From the NCBI GenBank assembly GCA_905233745.1, contig CAJODA010000001.1:7855-71854 (forward strand): DNA of 64,000 nucleotides, written 5' to 3'. This DNA comes from an uncultured Bacteroidales bacterium (GTDB taxonomy: Bacteria; Bacteroidota; Bacteroidia; Bacteroidales; WCHB1-69). The translations under genes were made by a program, and so were the position numbers. Below, piece after piece: positions 45,063-55,194 of this stretch (the first letter of the stretch is position 1; each line of letters starts with the position of its first letter). The notes beneath the pieces were generated by a model, which saw only the letters and a list, made by a program, of their open reading frames with translations, was not told where the DNA came from and searched no databases.

Positions 45063-47597
45063 ATGGAAATCAAGTACTCAGACGAAATGAATTATGCGCT
45101 GGAGGAGTCCGGCAAAATCGCAACATATTACCATTCCCCTAACATCGGCATAGAGCATCTCACCGTGGCTATCCTTCGCTACCCCAACGAGAGCACCACA
45201 AAGAATCTGCTCAACATCTACCGGATTGACATCGACGCCTTGCGCACCAAGATTGAAGAGCTTATCGACAGCAATGAAAACAAGGTTGAGTTGGATGCCG
45301 CCGATATCAGATTCAACACACAGACAGACAATACTTTGCGTTTATCTTACCTCATATCAAAAGAGTTCAGAAGTGATGTGGTGGAGTCTTTCCATTTCAT
45401 ACTGGCCGTATTGCGCGACGGACGTAATGACGCATCCAACGTGGTGAAGATGTTTTTGGTGCGGGCAGGATTGTCCTACGCCTCTTTCTCCGCCGAGGTG
45501 AAAAAGGAGCTGAACATGGGTGCCGGCCGCACGGAATCGCTTATGACTCCGGAGGACGAAATCGACGAAGAGGAGGACAGAAGATTCTCTGCCCGCGCCT
45601 CCAAAGAGGGTTCCAAGGGATCGGCAACGCCGATGTTGGACAGTTTCGGGAAGGACCTCACCAAGTTCGCCGCCGAAGGCAAGCTCGACCCCGTCGTGGG
45701 CCGTCAGAAGGAGCTGGAGCGTATCGCCCAGATTCTGAGCCGCCGCAAGAAAAACAATCCCGTGCTCATCGGCGAGCCCGGCGTCGGCAAATCCGCCGTG
45801 GCCGAGGGCTTGGCCATGAACATTGTGCAGGGGCACGTGTCACGCACGCTCATCAACAAACGCGTTGTGGCCCTTGACATGGCCTCATTGGTAGCCGGCA
45901 CCAAGTACCGCGGGCAGTTTGAGGAGCGTGTCAAGACCATTCTCACCGAGCTGGAGAAGAGTCCCAACGTCATCCTCTTCATCGACGAGTTGCACACCAT
46001 GGTGGGCGCCGGCAACTCTCCCGGCAGCATGGATGCCTCCAACCTCTTCAAACCCGCTCTGGCCCGTGGCGAGTTGCAATGCATCGGGGCCACCACCCTC
46101 GACGAGTACCGCGAATTCATCGAAAAGGATGGCGCATTGGAACGCCGGTTCCAAAAAATCATCCTCGACCCCACCACGCCAGAGGAGACCATTGATATTC
46201 TGAACAACATCAAGGACAAATACGAAGACCATCATCTGGTAAGATACAGTGACGAGGCCATCAAATCCTGCGTCACCCTCTCCAACCGGTACATTTCCGA
46301 CCGCTGCCTGCCGGACAAGGCCATTGATGCTCTGGACGAAGCCGGCGCACGCCTGCACATCCAAAACATCCATGTGCCCGAAGAGCTTCTTGACGTGGAG
46401 AAGGAGATTGCCGACTTCGAGAAACTCAAATCCGAGGCCATCAAAGGGCAGCAATACAATGCCGCCGCCGGCTATCGCGACCAAATCAAACAGCTGGAGA
46501 ACAAGCTCACCGCTCTGAAGAAGGAGTGGGAAACCCAGTCGGATCTCCAACGTCCGACAGTCACCGAGGAAACCGTGGCAGAGGTTATCGCCATGATGAC
46601 GGGTGTACCTGTGCAGCGCATCGCCAAAAATGAAGGCGAGCGCCTCATGCGCATGGCTGATGAACTCAAAGGCACTGTCATAGGACAGGACGACGCCATC
46701 ATCAAGATCGCCAAGGCCATCCGTCGCAATCGCGCCGGATTGAAAGACCCCAACAAACCTATCGGCACTTTCATCTTCCTTGGTCCTACCGGTGTGGGCA
46801 AAACCTATCTCGCCAAAGTGTTGGCCGAATATCTGTTCGATTCCCAAGACGCCATCATCCGCATAGACATGAGCGAATATATGGAGAAGCACACCGTGTC
46901 ACGCCTCATCGGCGCGCCTCCGGGGTATGTGGGTTACGAAGAGGGCGGACAGCTCACCGAAAAAGTGCGCCGCAAGCCCTACTCTATCGTCCTGCTTGAC
47001 GAGATTGAGAAAGCCCACCACGATGTCTATAACGTCCTGCTCCAAGTATTCGACGAAGGCCAGCTTACCGATGGCATGGGCCGAAAAGTTGATTTCAAGA
47101 ACACTATCCTCATCATGACATCCAACATCGGCACGCGCGAATTGAAAGACTTCGGCACCGGCGTCGGATTCAACACCGAAGCCACCAAGGCGGCTCAAAA
47201 CAAAGTGGAGCACGGCATCCTGGAAAAAGCCCTCAAGGCTAATTTCTCGCCCGAGTTCCTCAACCGTGTGGATGACGTCATCTATTTCAACAGTCTGGGC
47301 AAGGAAGAAATCATCCAGATTATCGGCATCGAACTCAAGAAAGTCATCAGCCGGGTGAAAGATCTGGGCATTGAAATCCACGTCACCGATAAAGCCAAGA
47401 ACCACCTGGCAGAGACGGGCTGGGACGCCAACTACGGTGCACGTCCGCTCAAGCGGGCCATCCAAAAGGGTGTTGAAGACTTGCTGGCCGAAGAGATTCT
47501 GAACCAGACTCTACCGCAAGGCTCTATCGTTGACCTCGACTACGACGACCTGAAAGAGGAGATTGTGATTGTGAACAAAAAGGCCATCACCGAATAA
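45063..47597 (+). CDS. clpC: ATP-dependent Clp protease ATP-binding subunit (ClpC-type, two AAA+ modules)
   Basis: Clp_N repeats, GEPGVGKSA and GPTGVGKT Walker A motifs, and a UVR-like linker ([29 protein letters not shown]). Confidence 0.9.
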   Translation: MEIKYSDEMNYALEESGKIATYYHSPNIGIEHLTVAILRYPNESTTKNLLNIYRIDIDALRTKIEELIDSNENKVELDAADIRFNTQTDNTLRLSYLISKEFRSDVVESFHFILAVLRDGRNDASNVVKMFLVRAGLSYASFSAEVKKELNMGAGRTESLMTPEDEIDEEEDRRFSARASKEGSKGSATPMLDSFGKDLTKFAAEGKLDPVVGRQKELERIAQILSRRKKNNPVLIGEPGVGKSAVAEGLAMNIVQGHVSRTLINKRVVALDMASLVAGTKYRGQFEERVKTILTELEKSPNVILFIDELHTMVGAGNSPGSMDASNLFKPALARGELQCIGATTLDEYREFIEKDGALERRFQKIILDPTTPEETIDILNNIKDKYEDHHLVRYSDEAIKSCVTLSNRYISDRCLPDKAIDALDEAGARLHIQNIHVPEELLDVEKEIADFEKLKSEAIKGQQYNAAAGYRDQIKQLENKLTALKKEWETQSDLQRPTVTEETVAEVIAMMTGVPVQRIAKNEGERLMRMADELKGTVIGQDDAIIKIAKAIRRNRAGLKDPNKPIGTFIFLGPTGVGKTYLAKVLAEYLFDSQDAIIRIDMSEYMEKHTVSRLIGAPPGYVGYEEGGQLTEKVRRKPYSIVLLDEIEKAHHDVYNVLLQVFDEGQLTDGMGRKVDFKNTILIMTSNIGTRELKDFGTGVGFNTEATKAAQNKVEHGILEKALKANFSPEFLNRVDDVIYFNSLGKEEIIQIIGIELKKVISRVKDLGIEIHVTDKAKNHLAETGWDANYGARPLKRAIQKGVEDLLAEEILNQTLPQGSIVDLDYDDLKEEIVIVNKKAITE

Positions 47598-47609
47598 TCC
47601 GCCCCAAAT

Positions 47610-48131
47610 ATGACTGAACTTAACGATAAGCTACAGAACATCAACACCTTCATTTTCGATTTCGACGGTGTGCTCTCTGACGGGAAGGTTTATGTGCAGA
47701 AAGACGGCGAGCAGGTGCGTGCCACCAATGTCAAGGACGGCTACGCCTTACAGTATGCGCTTCGCAATGGATACAATGTTGCTGTCATATCCGGCGGATA
47801 TGCCGAATCCATGCGCCTGCGCTACAAGGACTTCCCCGGCATGGAGATGTACCTGAAAGTGAGCGACAAGGTCGTGATGTTTCATGAATACTTGAAAAAA
47901 CACAACCTCAAGGCTGAGCAAGTGCTCATCATGGGAGATGACATCCCCGATTACAAGATGATGTTGCTCGCCGGCATCCGAAGCTGTCCGGCAGATGCCG
48001 CAGACGAGATCAAAGAGATTGCCGACTATATCTCCCCCCGCCCCGGTGGCGCCGGCGCCGCCCGCGACGTCATCGAACAGGTACTCAAGGCCCACAGAAA
48101 ATGGTTCAATGACAACGCCTTCGTATGGTAA
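47610..48131 (+). CDS. kdsC: 3-deoxy-D-manno-octulosonate 8-phosphate phosphatase (HAD superfamily)
   Basis: FIFDFDGVLSDG..NVKDGYAL..ISGG..MGDDIPD. Confidence 0.8.
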   Translation: MTELNDKLQNINTFIFDFDGVLSDGKVYVQKDGEQVRATNVKDGYALQYALRNGYNVAVISGGYAESMRLRYKDFPGMEMYLKVSDKVVMFHEYLKKHNLKAEQVLIMGDDIPDYKMMLLAGIRSCPADAADEIKEIADYISPRPGGAGAARDVIEQVLKAHRKWFNDNAFVW

Positions 48132-48167
48132 CTCTAAACTATCAACTCTAAACTCCAAACTGTTTTT

Positions 48168-49007
48168 ATGGGCTGCTTTTTCACCGGAACTTTCAGCATT
48201 ATCTTTACCATCCTAGGCATATACTACGATGGATGGGCAGGCGCATTCTTTGGTTTTCTGCTCGGTTCGTTCATCGATACGGCTATAAATCGTATCAGGG
48301 CAAAGAGACAGCAACAGTATTTCAAGTCTAAAGACTTCACCGACTATAAATTGATTTTGGCGGCGTACGTCGCCAAAGCGGACAACAACCGCCTTCTTCG
48401 CTCAGAAATGGAATATGTGCGCCAGTTCCTCATCAATGACCTTGGAACGGAATCCGCACAAGCCGCCATGCTGCGCTTTCGTGACATTCTGAACTCCAAC
48501 GTGGACATCTCCACCGTCTGCGCAGACCTCCGGCAGCATGCCACCATCTATGAAAAACTGATCATACTGCAGTTCCTTTTCGGTTTCTCCCAAGCCGACG
48601 GTGAAATGAGACAGGAGGAGCTGGACGCCATCCGATACATCTCCGACTTGTGCGGTGTAAGCCAAAGCAATTTTGAAGCTGTAAAATCCATGTTTATGGG
48701 ATCCTTCTATGGAGGATACCAGCAAGCCGGCGGGTACTCATACGGCGATTACCAGCAAAGCTATGGCGGCTATTCTTCCAGCAGAACCGAAAACCGGTCT
48801 ACGCTTGAAAATGACTACAAAATTCTGGAGGTCTCTCCCGATGCTACCGACGATGAGGTAAAAAAAGCATACCGTGCTGCTGCAAAAAAGCATCATCCAG
48901 ACAAGGTCAGCCATCTTGGCGAAGACGTGCGCAAAGCAGCCGAAATCAAATTCGCCCAAGTGAACGAAGCATACGAGCGTATCAAGAAATCACGAGGCAT
49001 GAATTAG
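48168..49007 (+). CDS. DjlA-like membrane co-chaperone (N-terminal TM, TerB-like domain, C-terminal J domain)
   Basis: C-terminal DYKILEVSPDATDDEVKKAYRAAAKKHHPDKV (HPD motif). N-terminal hydrophobic segment. Confidence 0.75.
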   Translation: MGCFFTGTFSIIFTILGIYYDGWAGAFFGFLLGSFIDTAINRIRAKRQQQYFKSKDFTDYKLILAAYVAKADNNRLLRSEMEYVRQFLINDLGTESAQAAMLRFRDILNSNVDISTVCADLRQHATIYEKLIILQFLFGFSQADGEMRQEELDAIRYISDLCGVSQSNFEAVKSMFMGSFYGGYQQAGGYSYGDYQQSYGGYSSSRTENRSTLENDYKILEVSPDATDDEVKKAYRAAAKKHHPDKVSHLGEDVRKAAEIKFAQVNEAYERIKKSRGMN

Positions 49008-49066
49008 GCCTCCAAGCCTTTTTTTTATTATTCCGTTGAAAAATAATTAACCTTTGATTATTTTTG

Positions 49067-49074
49067 TATTTTTG
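49067..49074 (+). promoter_or_regulatory. Bacteroides-type -7 box (TAttTTTG)
   Basis: Exact match, 86 nt upstream of the ATG at 49160. Confidence 0.4.
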
Positions 49075-49159
49075 CAGCGATTTTGAAACGCAAATCCATA
49101 AGACAAATCACCGCAAGACTTTGTCTTGCATTTTTATCAACCTATTAAAAACAAATGCA

Positions 49160-50710
49160 ATGAAAGAAAATTCATTTTTTCTTAACATCGTATATACTAT
49201 GATGTTATGTTTGACTGTATTCTCTCCTACATTTTCACAGACCATTCTTTACGCGGAAAATTTCGGCACCCCGACCGCCAACACACTAATCCAAAACTAC
49301 ACTGGATGGCAGAACCGCACCGTAATCTACACCGGTGACGGCACCTGCGACGTGCGCACCTCCAGTGCCTCCAACAGCTACGGACTGGCTTCAGGAGGCG
49401 GCAACGTGATGATTAACGACACGGTGAAGTGGTTCATGATTTCGGGTCTCAACACCGCCGGCTATTCCGACCTGTCCCTGTACTGCGGTCTGCGGAAAAC
49501 CAATGCCGAAAACGGCAGCAACTTCGTCGTGGAGGTTTCAGAAGACAGCCTGGTCTGGACTCGCGTATTCCTCTCCGACACAATGCCCTCCGGGACCGGA
49601 ACATCCGGGTGGCGGCGCGTGCGTTACCTTAACATCCCATCGACCGGCAATCTTCATATTCGCTTCTCCAATTTGGCCCATGTGGACTATCGTCTGGACG
49701 ACATCGCCATTGTAGTGGGTGAAGAGACCGTGCTGGAAACCGTCGCAAAACCCACGTTCTCCCCTGGTGGTGGCACCTACTATGAACCGAAGACGGTCAC
49801 CATAACCTCCGCCACCCCAGGCGCTGTGATATACTACACCTTTGACAACAGTGCTCCGGCTGACCGCGCCAACCAATATATGGGACCTCTGACCATCAAC
49901 TCTAGCGTAACACTCAAGGCCATCGCCACCGGAGCCAACATGTACGACAGCGAGGTGGCGACTGCCACATACACGATTCTGGACACCAACTCGCTGGTGG
50001 AGCTGCCATTCGACATCTCCAACAACAGCAGCGCCACCCGTTTGGACATCACCACGCTGCACGGTTTCAGAGGCTATCATTTGGGGTCATCCTATGCTGA
50101 CGGCTCCGCCAAGTTTGAGACATCGCACGCCGGAGAGGCCAGCCTGGTGGCGCATCTGGACAGCGCACCCGACACACTTGTCTTTGAACTGAAAGGAGTG
50201 AACGGCGGTTCGAATCCCGCCGCCTACGAGGGCATAACCTTTACCGTAAGCTATTCCACTGACGGGCATAACTGGACCACACTGGCGACCCTCTTCAGTG
50301 ACGACATCACCGTAGGCGAGTACACCCGCTTCACCTATGTCATCACCGATCACAACGCCCGCCACTTGCGTTGGAGGCTGGAGAGTTCCACCAAGGGAAA
50401 CACCCAACTCAACAACATCAAGATCACCCAATACAACGGCAATGGGGACGGGGACAGCACATCCGTAGCCACATATTTTCCGGAGACTTTCAGCATTTAC
50501 CCCAACCCCGCCAAAACTTCATTCTCAGTACACCAGGGAAGAAACACGGTGAGAGCCTTGACTCTCTATAACATTATCGGACAAACTGTGCGGACGTGGA
50601 ACAATCCGACCCAACGCACATACAACGTGTCCGACCTTCCTCGCGGAACCTATTTCCTAAAAGCCGACACACCCAACGGAACCATACAAAAGAAACTCGT
50701 CCTCTATTAA
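49160..50710 (+). CDS. T9SS-secreted protein with a chitobiase/hexosaminidase-C-like (Fn3_assoc) domain and a C-terminal sorting domain
   Basis: Signal peptide MKENSFFLNIVYTMMLCLTVFSPTFSQ. PTFSPGGGTYYEPKTVTITSATPGAVIYYTFDNS..TLKAIA. Sorting domain FSIYPNPAKTSF..LYNIIGQTV..LPRGTYFLKA. Confidence 0.8.
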   Translation: MKENSFFLNIVYTMMLCLTVFSPTFSQTILYAENFGTPTANTLIQNYTGWQNRTVIYTGDGTCDVRTSSASNSYGLASGGGNVMINDTVKWFMISGLNTAGYSDLSLYCGLRKTNAENGSNFVVEVSEDSLVWTRVFLSDTMPSGTGTSGWRRVRYLNIPSTGNLHIRFSNLAHVDYRLDDIAIVVGEETVLETVAKPTFSPGGGTYYEPKTVTITSATPGAVIYYTFDNSAPADRANQYMGPLTINSSVTLKAIATGANMYDSEVATATYTILDTNSLVELPFDISNNSSATRLDITTLHGFRGYHLGSSYADGSAKFETSHAGEASLVAHLDSAPDTLVFELKGVNGGSNPAAYEGITFTVSYSTDGHNWTTLATLFSDDITVGEYTRFTYVITDHNARHLRWRLESSTKGNTQLNNIKITQYNGNGDGDSTSVATYFPETFSIYPNPAKTSFSVHQGRNTVRALTLYNIIGQTVRTWNNPTQRTYNVSDLPRGTYFLKADTPNGTIQKKLVLY

Positions 50711-50730
50711 AGACCTGCACTTGCTCGCAG

Positions 50731-50764
50731 CTGGCAGAAGGAGTTTTTTCATGTCCTTCTGCCA
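50731..50764 (+). terminator. 12-bp perfect hairpin downstream of the T9SS gene
   Basis: ctggcagaagga ..10 nt.. tccttctgccag. The T-tract is weak. Confidence 0.5.
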
Positions 50765-50803
50765 GTTGTGAACTTTTCTGTTGTGATTTGGAACTTAATT
50801 TTG

Positions 50804-50811
50804 TAATTTTG
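50804..50811 (+). promoter_or_regulatory. Bacteroides-type -7 box (TAatTTTG)
   Basis: Exact match, 20 nt upstream of the ATG at 50831. Confidence 0.45.
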
Positions 50812-50830
50812 CCGCCCAAACACAATCGAC

Positions 50831-51499
50831 ATGAAAAGAATCTTCATAACCCTTATTGCCTTCTTGGCTGCTATCACCCTCTCCTCCTGCACCAAAACCG
50901 AGAAGAGCTACTACCCTGACGGGCGCCTTCAGTCCATCATCCATTACAAATTCGGAAAAGAGCATGGGAAAAGTGTGTATATGTTCCGCAGTCCTAACAC
51001 CGTGGAGATTGAAGTTGAGATGAAGAATGGAAAACGAAACGGTCATTTCTACCGTTACTTTGAAAACGGCAATCTGGAAACTCATTGCATTTATGTTAAC
51101 GACTCAATAGAGGGCGTGGAGACCATGTTCCTGCCTAACGGAGAGAAGAGACAAGAGACCACATACGTGCGCGGAAAGAAAAACGGTCCTCACCTGGAAT
51201 ACCATGTTAACGGCCAGTTAAAGGCGGAATGCGGTTTCAAGAACGATCTTTTTGACGGAAAATGGACCTATTACGACGACCGGGGAGTTGTGGTAGGGGA
51301 AGGACAGTTCAATGCCGGAGATGGCGAACTCACCTATTACGACGAACGCGGAAACGTATCTGAAGTCATCCATTACCGCAACAACCAAAAAGACGGAAAA
51401 GAGTCCTATTACACCCCTTCCGGCAAAATCTACAAGGAAATCACGTATAAAGAAGACCGGATAGTCTCCCAAACGGTGGACTCCACCCTGATACCATAG
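50831..51499 (+). CDS. MORN-repeat-variant lipoprotein (YwqK family)
   Basis: Lipobox LSSC. Repeated Y..G.......Y..G..(H)G units (YYPDGRLQSIIHYKFGKEHG, YFENGNLETHCIYVNDSIEG, YHVNGQLKAECGFKNDLFDG). Confidence 0.75.
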   Translation: MKRIFITLIAFLAAITLSSCTKTEKSYYPDGRLQSIIHYKFGKEHGKSVYMFRSPNTVEIEVEMKNGKRNGHFYRYFENGNLETHCIYVNDSIEGVETMFLPNGEKRQETTYVRGKKNGPHLEYHVNGQLKAECGFKNDLFDGKWTYYDDRGVVVGEGQFNAGDGELTYYDERGNVSEVIHYRNNQKDGKESYYTPSGKIYKEITYKEDRIVSQTVDSTLIP

Positions 51500-51501
51500 T
51501 C

Positions 51502-53049
51502 ATGCGCCTCTTCAAACCGACCCTCATCTGCATACTGCTTTGCGCTTTTGCCATCAGTCTGGCCGCCCAGGGGAATCGTAAGATTCAATACAGGGCAGAC
51601 ATAGGACTGTATGACGAAGTGCTTTTGCCCGGTGCGCAACGACTGATCGGGAACGTGGCTTTCGCCCAGGACAACATCAGAGGTTATTGCGACAGCGCTT
51701 ATCTATACGAAAGAGAAAACTACATCATCGCTTTCGGCGACAAAGTACGGATCCGGGTTGGTGACTCCGTAACCTTATGTGGAAGAAAAGCATATTATGA
51801 CGGCAATTCCAAAGTGGCTTCCATTGCGCATGACGTCAGATTGGATCATAAAAACGCATACTTGCTCACCGACAGTCTCATATATGATTTGAACCATGAC
51901 ATGGGGTATTATCTGACCGGCGGGCAACTTTTCAATGAGGAGGACACCCTTACCAGCAATACCGGGAGATATTTTACCAAAAGCGATGACGCTTTCGTGA
52001 ATGGGGATGTTGTGCTGCGAAGCAATAATTACCTCATGAATTGCGACTCCCTCCGATACAACGCCCAAAGCAAAATAGCCTTTTTCATATCCCCGACGCA
52101 CATGTTAGCCAAAGAGGACAGCAGCGAGATATACACCAACTCCGGATGGTATGACACCGACAACGAGCTCTCCCTGCTGACCGGAGAGGTCCAGTTGCAC
52201 AACAAGGGACAGATTCTCTACGCAGACTCCGCCCGATATGACAAATGGAATCATTTCGGACAAGCCTGGAACAACGTCACCCTTATTGACACTGTACAGA
52301 AATACGTTCTCAAAGGGAACTACATGGAACATCATGAGAACGGCGGCATTTCCTATGTCACCGACAGCACCTTGCTCATCATCATTGATGACAACAACGA
52401 CTCGCTCTTCCTGCACGCCGACACGCTTAAGGTTCTGTTCGACAGTTCCCAGAACGCCCAATGGATGTCCGCCTTTAACAAGGTGAAATTCTATCGTAAA
52501 GATCTTCAGGGTGCCTGCGACTCACTGATGTACATTGTAAAAGACTCACTCGCCACCATGTTTTTCAATCCGGCTGTCTGGTCAGAGGAATTCCAGCTTT
52601 CCGCTGACACAATCCATTTCACCATTTTGGATTCCACGAACATGCGCCTGGACCTCTGCAAGTCTGGGTTCATTGTAGGAGGAATCTATGAAAACACCGA
52701 TTTCAATCAGATAAAAGGCATCAACATTACAGGATATATCAGGAACAAAGCCCTATATAAAGTTGACATATCCAATAATGCCGAATGTATATATTACCTT
52801 CAGGAAGAGGACAGCTCCCTTATCGGCATCAACACCTCCATCACCAGTGAGATGAGCATATACCTGGAAGACAACAAAGTTAGCCAAATCCGGTTTTATG
52901 ACCAGCCGGACGGCAAGATTTATCCGGACGACCAATTTGAAGAGAAGAACCGGAAACTTCTGGGATTCCGGTGGTTGGACGAGTACCGGCCCTACAAAAT
53001 ATCCGATTTGTTCATAAAGCCGATTCCCAGATATCGCGTTCAGGAATAA
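51502..53049 (+). CDS. OstA-like (LptA/LptD N-terminal-like) repeat protein
   Basis: Signal peptide, then repeated beta-jellyroll-like segments (ADIGLYDE..LIGNVAF.QDN....CDSAY.Y; ADSARYDKWN..AWNNVTLID). Confidence 0.6.
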   Translation: MRLFKPTLICILLCAFAISLAAQGNRKIQYRADIGLYDEVLLPGAQRLIGNVAFAQDNIRGYCDSAYLYERENYIIAFGDKVRIRVGDSVTLCGRKAYYDGNSKVASIAHDVRLDHKNAYLLTDSLIYDLNHDMGYYLTGGQLFNEEDTLTSNTGRYFTKSDDAFVNGDVVLRSNNYLMNCDSLRYNAQSKIAFFISPTHMLAKEDSSEIYTNSGWYDTDNELSLLTGEVQLHNKGQILYADSARYDKWNHFGQAWNNVTLIDTVQKYVLKGNYMEHHENGGISYVTDSTLLIIIDDNNDSLFLHADTLKVLFDSSQNAQWMSAFNKVKFYRKDLQGACDSLMYIVKDSLATMFFNPAVWSEEFQLSADTIHFTILDSTNMRLDLCKSGFIVGGIYENTDFNQIKGINITGYIRNKALYKVDISNNAECIYYLQEEDSSLIGINTSITSEMSIYLEDNKVSQIRFYDQPDGKIYPDDQFEEKNRKLLGFRWLDEYRPYKISDLFIKPIPRYRVQE

Positions 53050-53057
53050 GATGGCAT

Positions 53058-53084
53058 AAAAAAACATCCTTCATGAGAAGGATG
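53058..53084 (-). terminator. Intrinsic terminator of ssrA. The hairpin also closes the plus-strand OstA-like gene.
   Basis: The minus strand reads catccttc tcat gaaggatg followed by T7. Confidence 0.75.
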
Positions 53085-53092
53085 CTTTACTG

Positions 53093-53481
53093 TGGAGCCG
53101 GGGGGAGTCGAACCCCCGTCCAAACATGCCGCAAGATTGCTTTCTACAAGCTTAGTCTTCGTTTGCTTGTCGGCCACCGCATGGTACGAGACAAACCTCG
53201 CGGCAGCTTATCTTCTGAAAATTTCACTCACGCATCGAAGCCTGCGCTCGCTATCTGTCCTTTTATGACACTTCTGACCGGACGTTGGACCGAGAAACTT
53301 CCGGGGAAGCGCCCGCGGCTACAGACCTTGTCTGCGCGGCGGGATCCGCAACGGTTACGCTGCGAATGCATAAGAATTTTCGCCGTTTATTGGCTTTGAG
53401 GGTTAACTTTTAACGGAATCGGCCCACAAACTCCGGCCTGCTTACAATCCCCCGAACTTGCTGTCAAAACCAAACGACCCC
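53093..53481 (-). ncRNA. ssrA: tmRNA (transfer-messenger RNA)
   Basis: The 5' GGGGTCG pairs with the 3' CGGCTCC plus A discriminator, including the G3:U70 alanine identity pair. The T-arm is GGGGGTTCGACTCCCCC. The tag ORF GGC GAA AAT TCT TAT GCA TTC GCA GCG TAA (53355-53384) encodes GENSYAFAA. Confidence 0.92.
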
Positions 53482-53499
53482 GGGGATGAAAGGGAGAGG

Positions 53500-53898
53500 C
53501 TACTTAACCTCCCCTTTCAATTGCAATATTACCCTATCGGTATTGGCATTAGATAAAACCGTAAGGCGTTTACTGATCAACCCAGTATGCTTAGCCGTAT
53601 AGGTAGCCTTGATGGTACCCTTCTTGCCGGGCATTATGGGTTGCTTCGACCAATCCACTGTGGTACAGTCACACGAGGAAATCACATCATCCAAAATCAA
53701 GGGTTTCTTTCCGACATTCGTAAAGGTGACGTTAACGGTTTTCACATCACCCACCTTGAGCGTACCGAAATCCACACTCAATTTCTCAAACTTGATTTCA
53801 GCATTTGTCCCTTTATACGGCTCAGCGGCCTTTGAGGTCTGCGCCTGGGCGGCAATGATACTGCCAATCATCAGACACAGGACAATCAACTTTTTCAT
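53500..53898 (-). CDS. DUF1573 domain secreted protein
   Basis: FGTLKVGDVKTVNVTFTNVGKKPLILDDVISSCDCTTVDWSKQPIMPGKKGTIKATY. Confidence 0.85.
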   Translation of the reverse strand: MKKLIVLCLMIGSIIAAQAQTSKAAEPYKGTNAEIKFEKLSVDFGTLKVGDVKTVNVTFTNVGKKPLILDDVISSCDCTTVDWSKQPIMPGKKGTIKATYTAKHTGLISKRLTVLSNANTDRVILQLKGEVK

Positions 53899-53911
53899 CT
53901 TAGGGGGATTT

Positions 53912-54373
53912 TTACTGGTTTGCCTCTTTCAGTGAGCTGTCGTTCGTAGTTGGAGCGGCCTCAACAGGCTTAGCTGCAACATTACCCTTAATGTTCAGCA
54001 CCACACGGTTGTTCACGGCATTGGATTCAACTGTTATAGACTTGTTGATGGCGCCGACACGCTGGGTGTTGTACTTCACCTTGATGGTAGCCTTTTTGCC
54101 GGGAGGAATGGGATCCTTCGGCCACTCGGGAACGGTGCAGCCGCAACTGGACCTGCAATTGGTAAGGAGAAGATCAGCCTTGCCCGTGTTTTTGAACACA
54201 AATTCGCAAGTACCATTGTCGCCTTGCATAATGTTACCATAATCATGTACCAGAGACTCGAAAGTGATTTCAGGTTCTTTCACTTTCTTTGGAGCTTTTT
54301 CTGCGCCACTATCCTGCGCAGCAGCAGAAAAAACGAAAGCCATAACGATTAAGAGGCTGAGTAATTTTTTCAT
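53912..54373 (-). CDS. DUF1573 domain secreted protein (tandem paralog)
   Basis: HDYGNIMQGDNGTCEFVFKNTGKADLLLTNCRSSCGCTVPEWPKDPIPPGKKATIKVKY. Confidence 0.85.
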   Translation of the reverse strand: MKKLLSLLIVMAFVFSAAAQDSGAEKAPKKVKEPEITFESLVHDYGNIMQGDNGTCEFVFKNTGKADLLLTNCRSSCGCTVPEWPKDPIPPGKKATIKVKYNTQRVGAINKSITVESNAVNNRVVLNIKGNVAAKPVEAAPTTNDSSLKEANQ

Positions 54374-54430
54374 AACTTCGGATTATTTTAAGATTGAAAA
54401 ATATGTTAGTAAAAAAAACATTCGGTGAGA

Positions 54431-54438
54431 CAAAAATA
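54431..54438 (-). promoter_or_regulatory. Bacteroides-type -7 box for the DUF1573 pair
   Basis: The plus strand reads CAAAAATA, 58 nt upstream of the 54373 start. Confidence 0.4.
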
Positions 54439-54450
54439 AAAAAATATAGT

Positions 54451-54882
54451 TTAACGAGGCGCAGAATTTTTTTCAAGAATTGCCTCCACGGCAAGGCGGT
54501 ATCCATCCAGCCCGAATCCGGCGATAAAACCGGCACAACAGGATGATAGCAGCGAATTGCGACGATAGTTCTCCCGTCCGAAAAGATTGGATATATGGAC
54601 CTCAATCACAGGGCAGGCGCACATGCGCACGGCATCCGCCAACACCATGGAAGAGTGCGTGAAAGCTCCTGCGTTAAGGACAATCCCGCCATACCCGACA
54701 GCACTGGCCACCCTGTTAGCCAGTTCACCTTCCACATCCGATTGGTAAAAGTCGAAGTGCACGGACGGGTACCTGCTCCGGAGCACGGACAAATACTCCT
54801 CAAAAGAGAGCGAACCGTAGATGTTCACCTCCCTACTGCCAAGCTGTTGCAGATTAACTCCGTTCACAATCAGAATCTTCAT
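54451..54882 (-). CDS. aroQ: Type II 3-dehydroquinate dehydratase
   Basis: MKILIVNGVNLQQLGSREVNIYG..QSDVEGEL..GIVLNAGAFTHSS..EVHISN. Confidence 0.9.
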   Translation of the reverse strand: MKILIVNGVNLQQLGSREVNIYGSLSFEEYLSVLRSRYPSVHFDFYQSDVEGELANRVASAVGYGGIVLNAGAFTHSSMVLADAVRMCACPVIEVHISNLFGRENYRRNSLLSSCCAGFIAGFGLDGYRLAVEAILEKNSAPR

Positions 54883-54885
54883 AGC

Positions 54886-55191
54886 CTATTCATGAATTAG
54901 AATAAAGACATCCTCGTCGGGCTTGTGCATATTCAGATGCTCGCGGGCATATTTCTCCAAAAGAACCGAATCCGCATAGAGTTGTTCAAAGGTGTAGGCA
55001 TTCCCCACCTGATTCTTTGTATAGATAATCTTCTCCTCCAAGTTGTCAATCTTCTTGTTCAACTCCCGATGGGTTTTAATATTATGATCGGAGATGAAAA
55101 AGAAATAGCCCAGGAACAACAACAGGGTTGCCCCATACACCAAGACAAACAACTTGGTACGGTTTTTCGGTTTCGGTTCTTCTTCCATCAT
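54886..55191 (-). CDS. Septum formation initiator family protein (FtsB/DivIC-like)
   Basis: 101 aa with a single TM helix (LFVLVYGATLLLFLGYFFFI), then a coiled coil and the ..YAREHLNMHKPDEDVF motif. Confidence 0.65.
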   Translation of the reverse strand: MMEEEPKPKNRTKLFVLVYGATLLLFLGYFFFISDHNIKTHRELNKKIDNLEEKIIYTKNQVGNAYTFEQLYADSVLLEKYAREHLNMHKPDEDVFILIHE

Positions 55192-55194
55192 GAA

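Noticed and set aside
50788-50811. Other sigma-54-like strings: TGGAAC-ttaat-TTTG before the MORN gene, and AGGTAT-cctt-TTGCA (minus strand, about 34705-34722) before the 34661 gene
   Set aside because: The -12 element or the spacing is wrong (TTTG instead of TTGC; N4 instead of N5). Both genes also have exact TAnnTTTG boxes.
50831-51499. The YwqK-family protein as an antitoxin or immunity protein of a toxin system
   Set aside because: It carries a lipoprotein signal (LSSC). It has no adjacent toxin-like gene, LXG/Rhs/deaminase domain or small partner ORF. Its neighbours are a T9SS cargo gene with its own terminator and an OstA-like protein. MORN-repeat lipoproteins are common stand-alone genes in Bacteroidota.
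52971-53399. A 142-aa plus-strand ORF, and a 103-aa ORF at 60179..60490
   Set aside because: They overlap the tmRNA gene and the tRNA-Val and tRNA-Ser genes respectively. The RNA structures explain the sequence.
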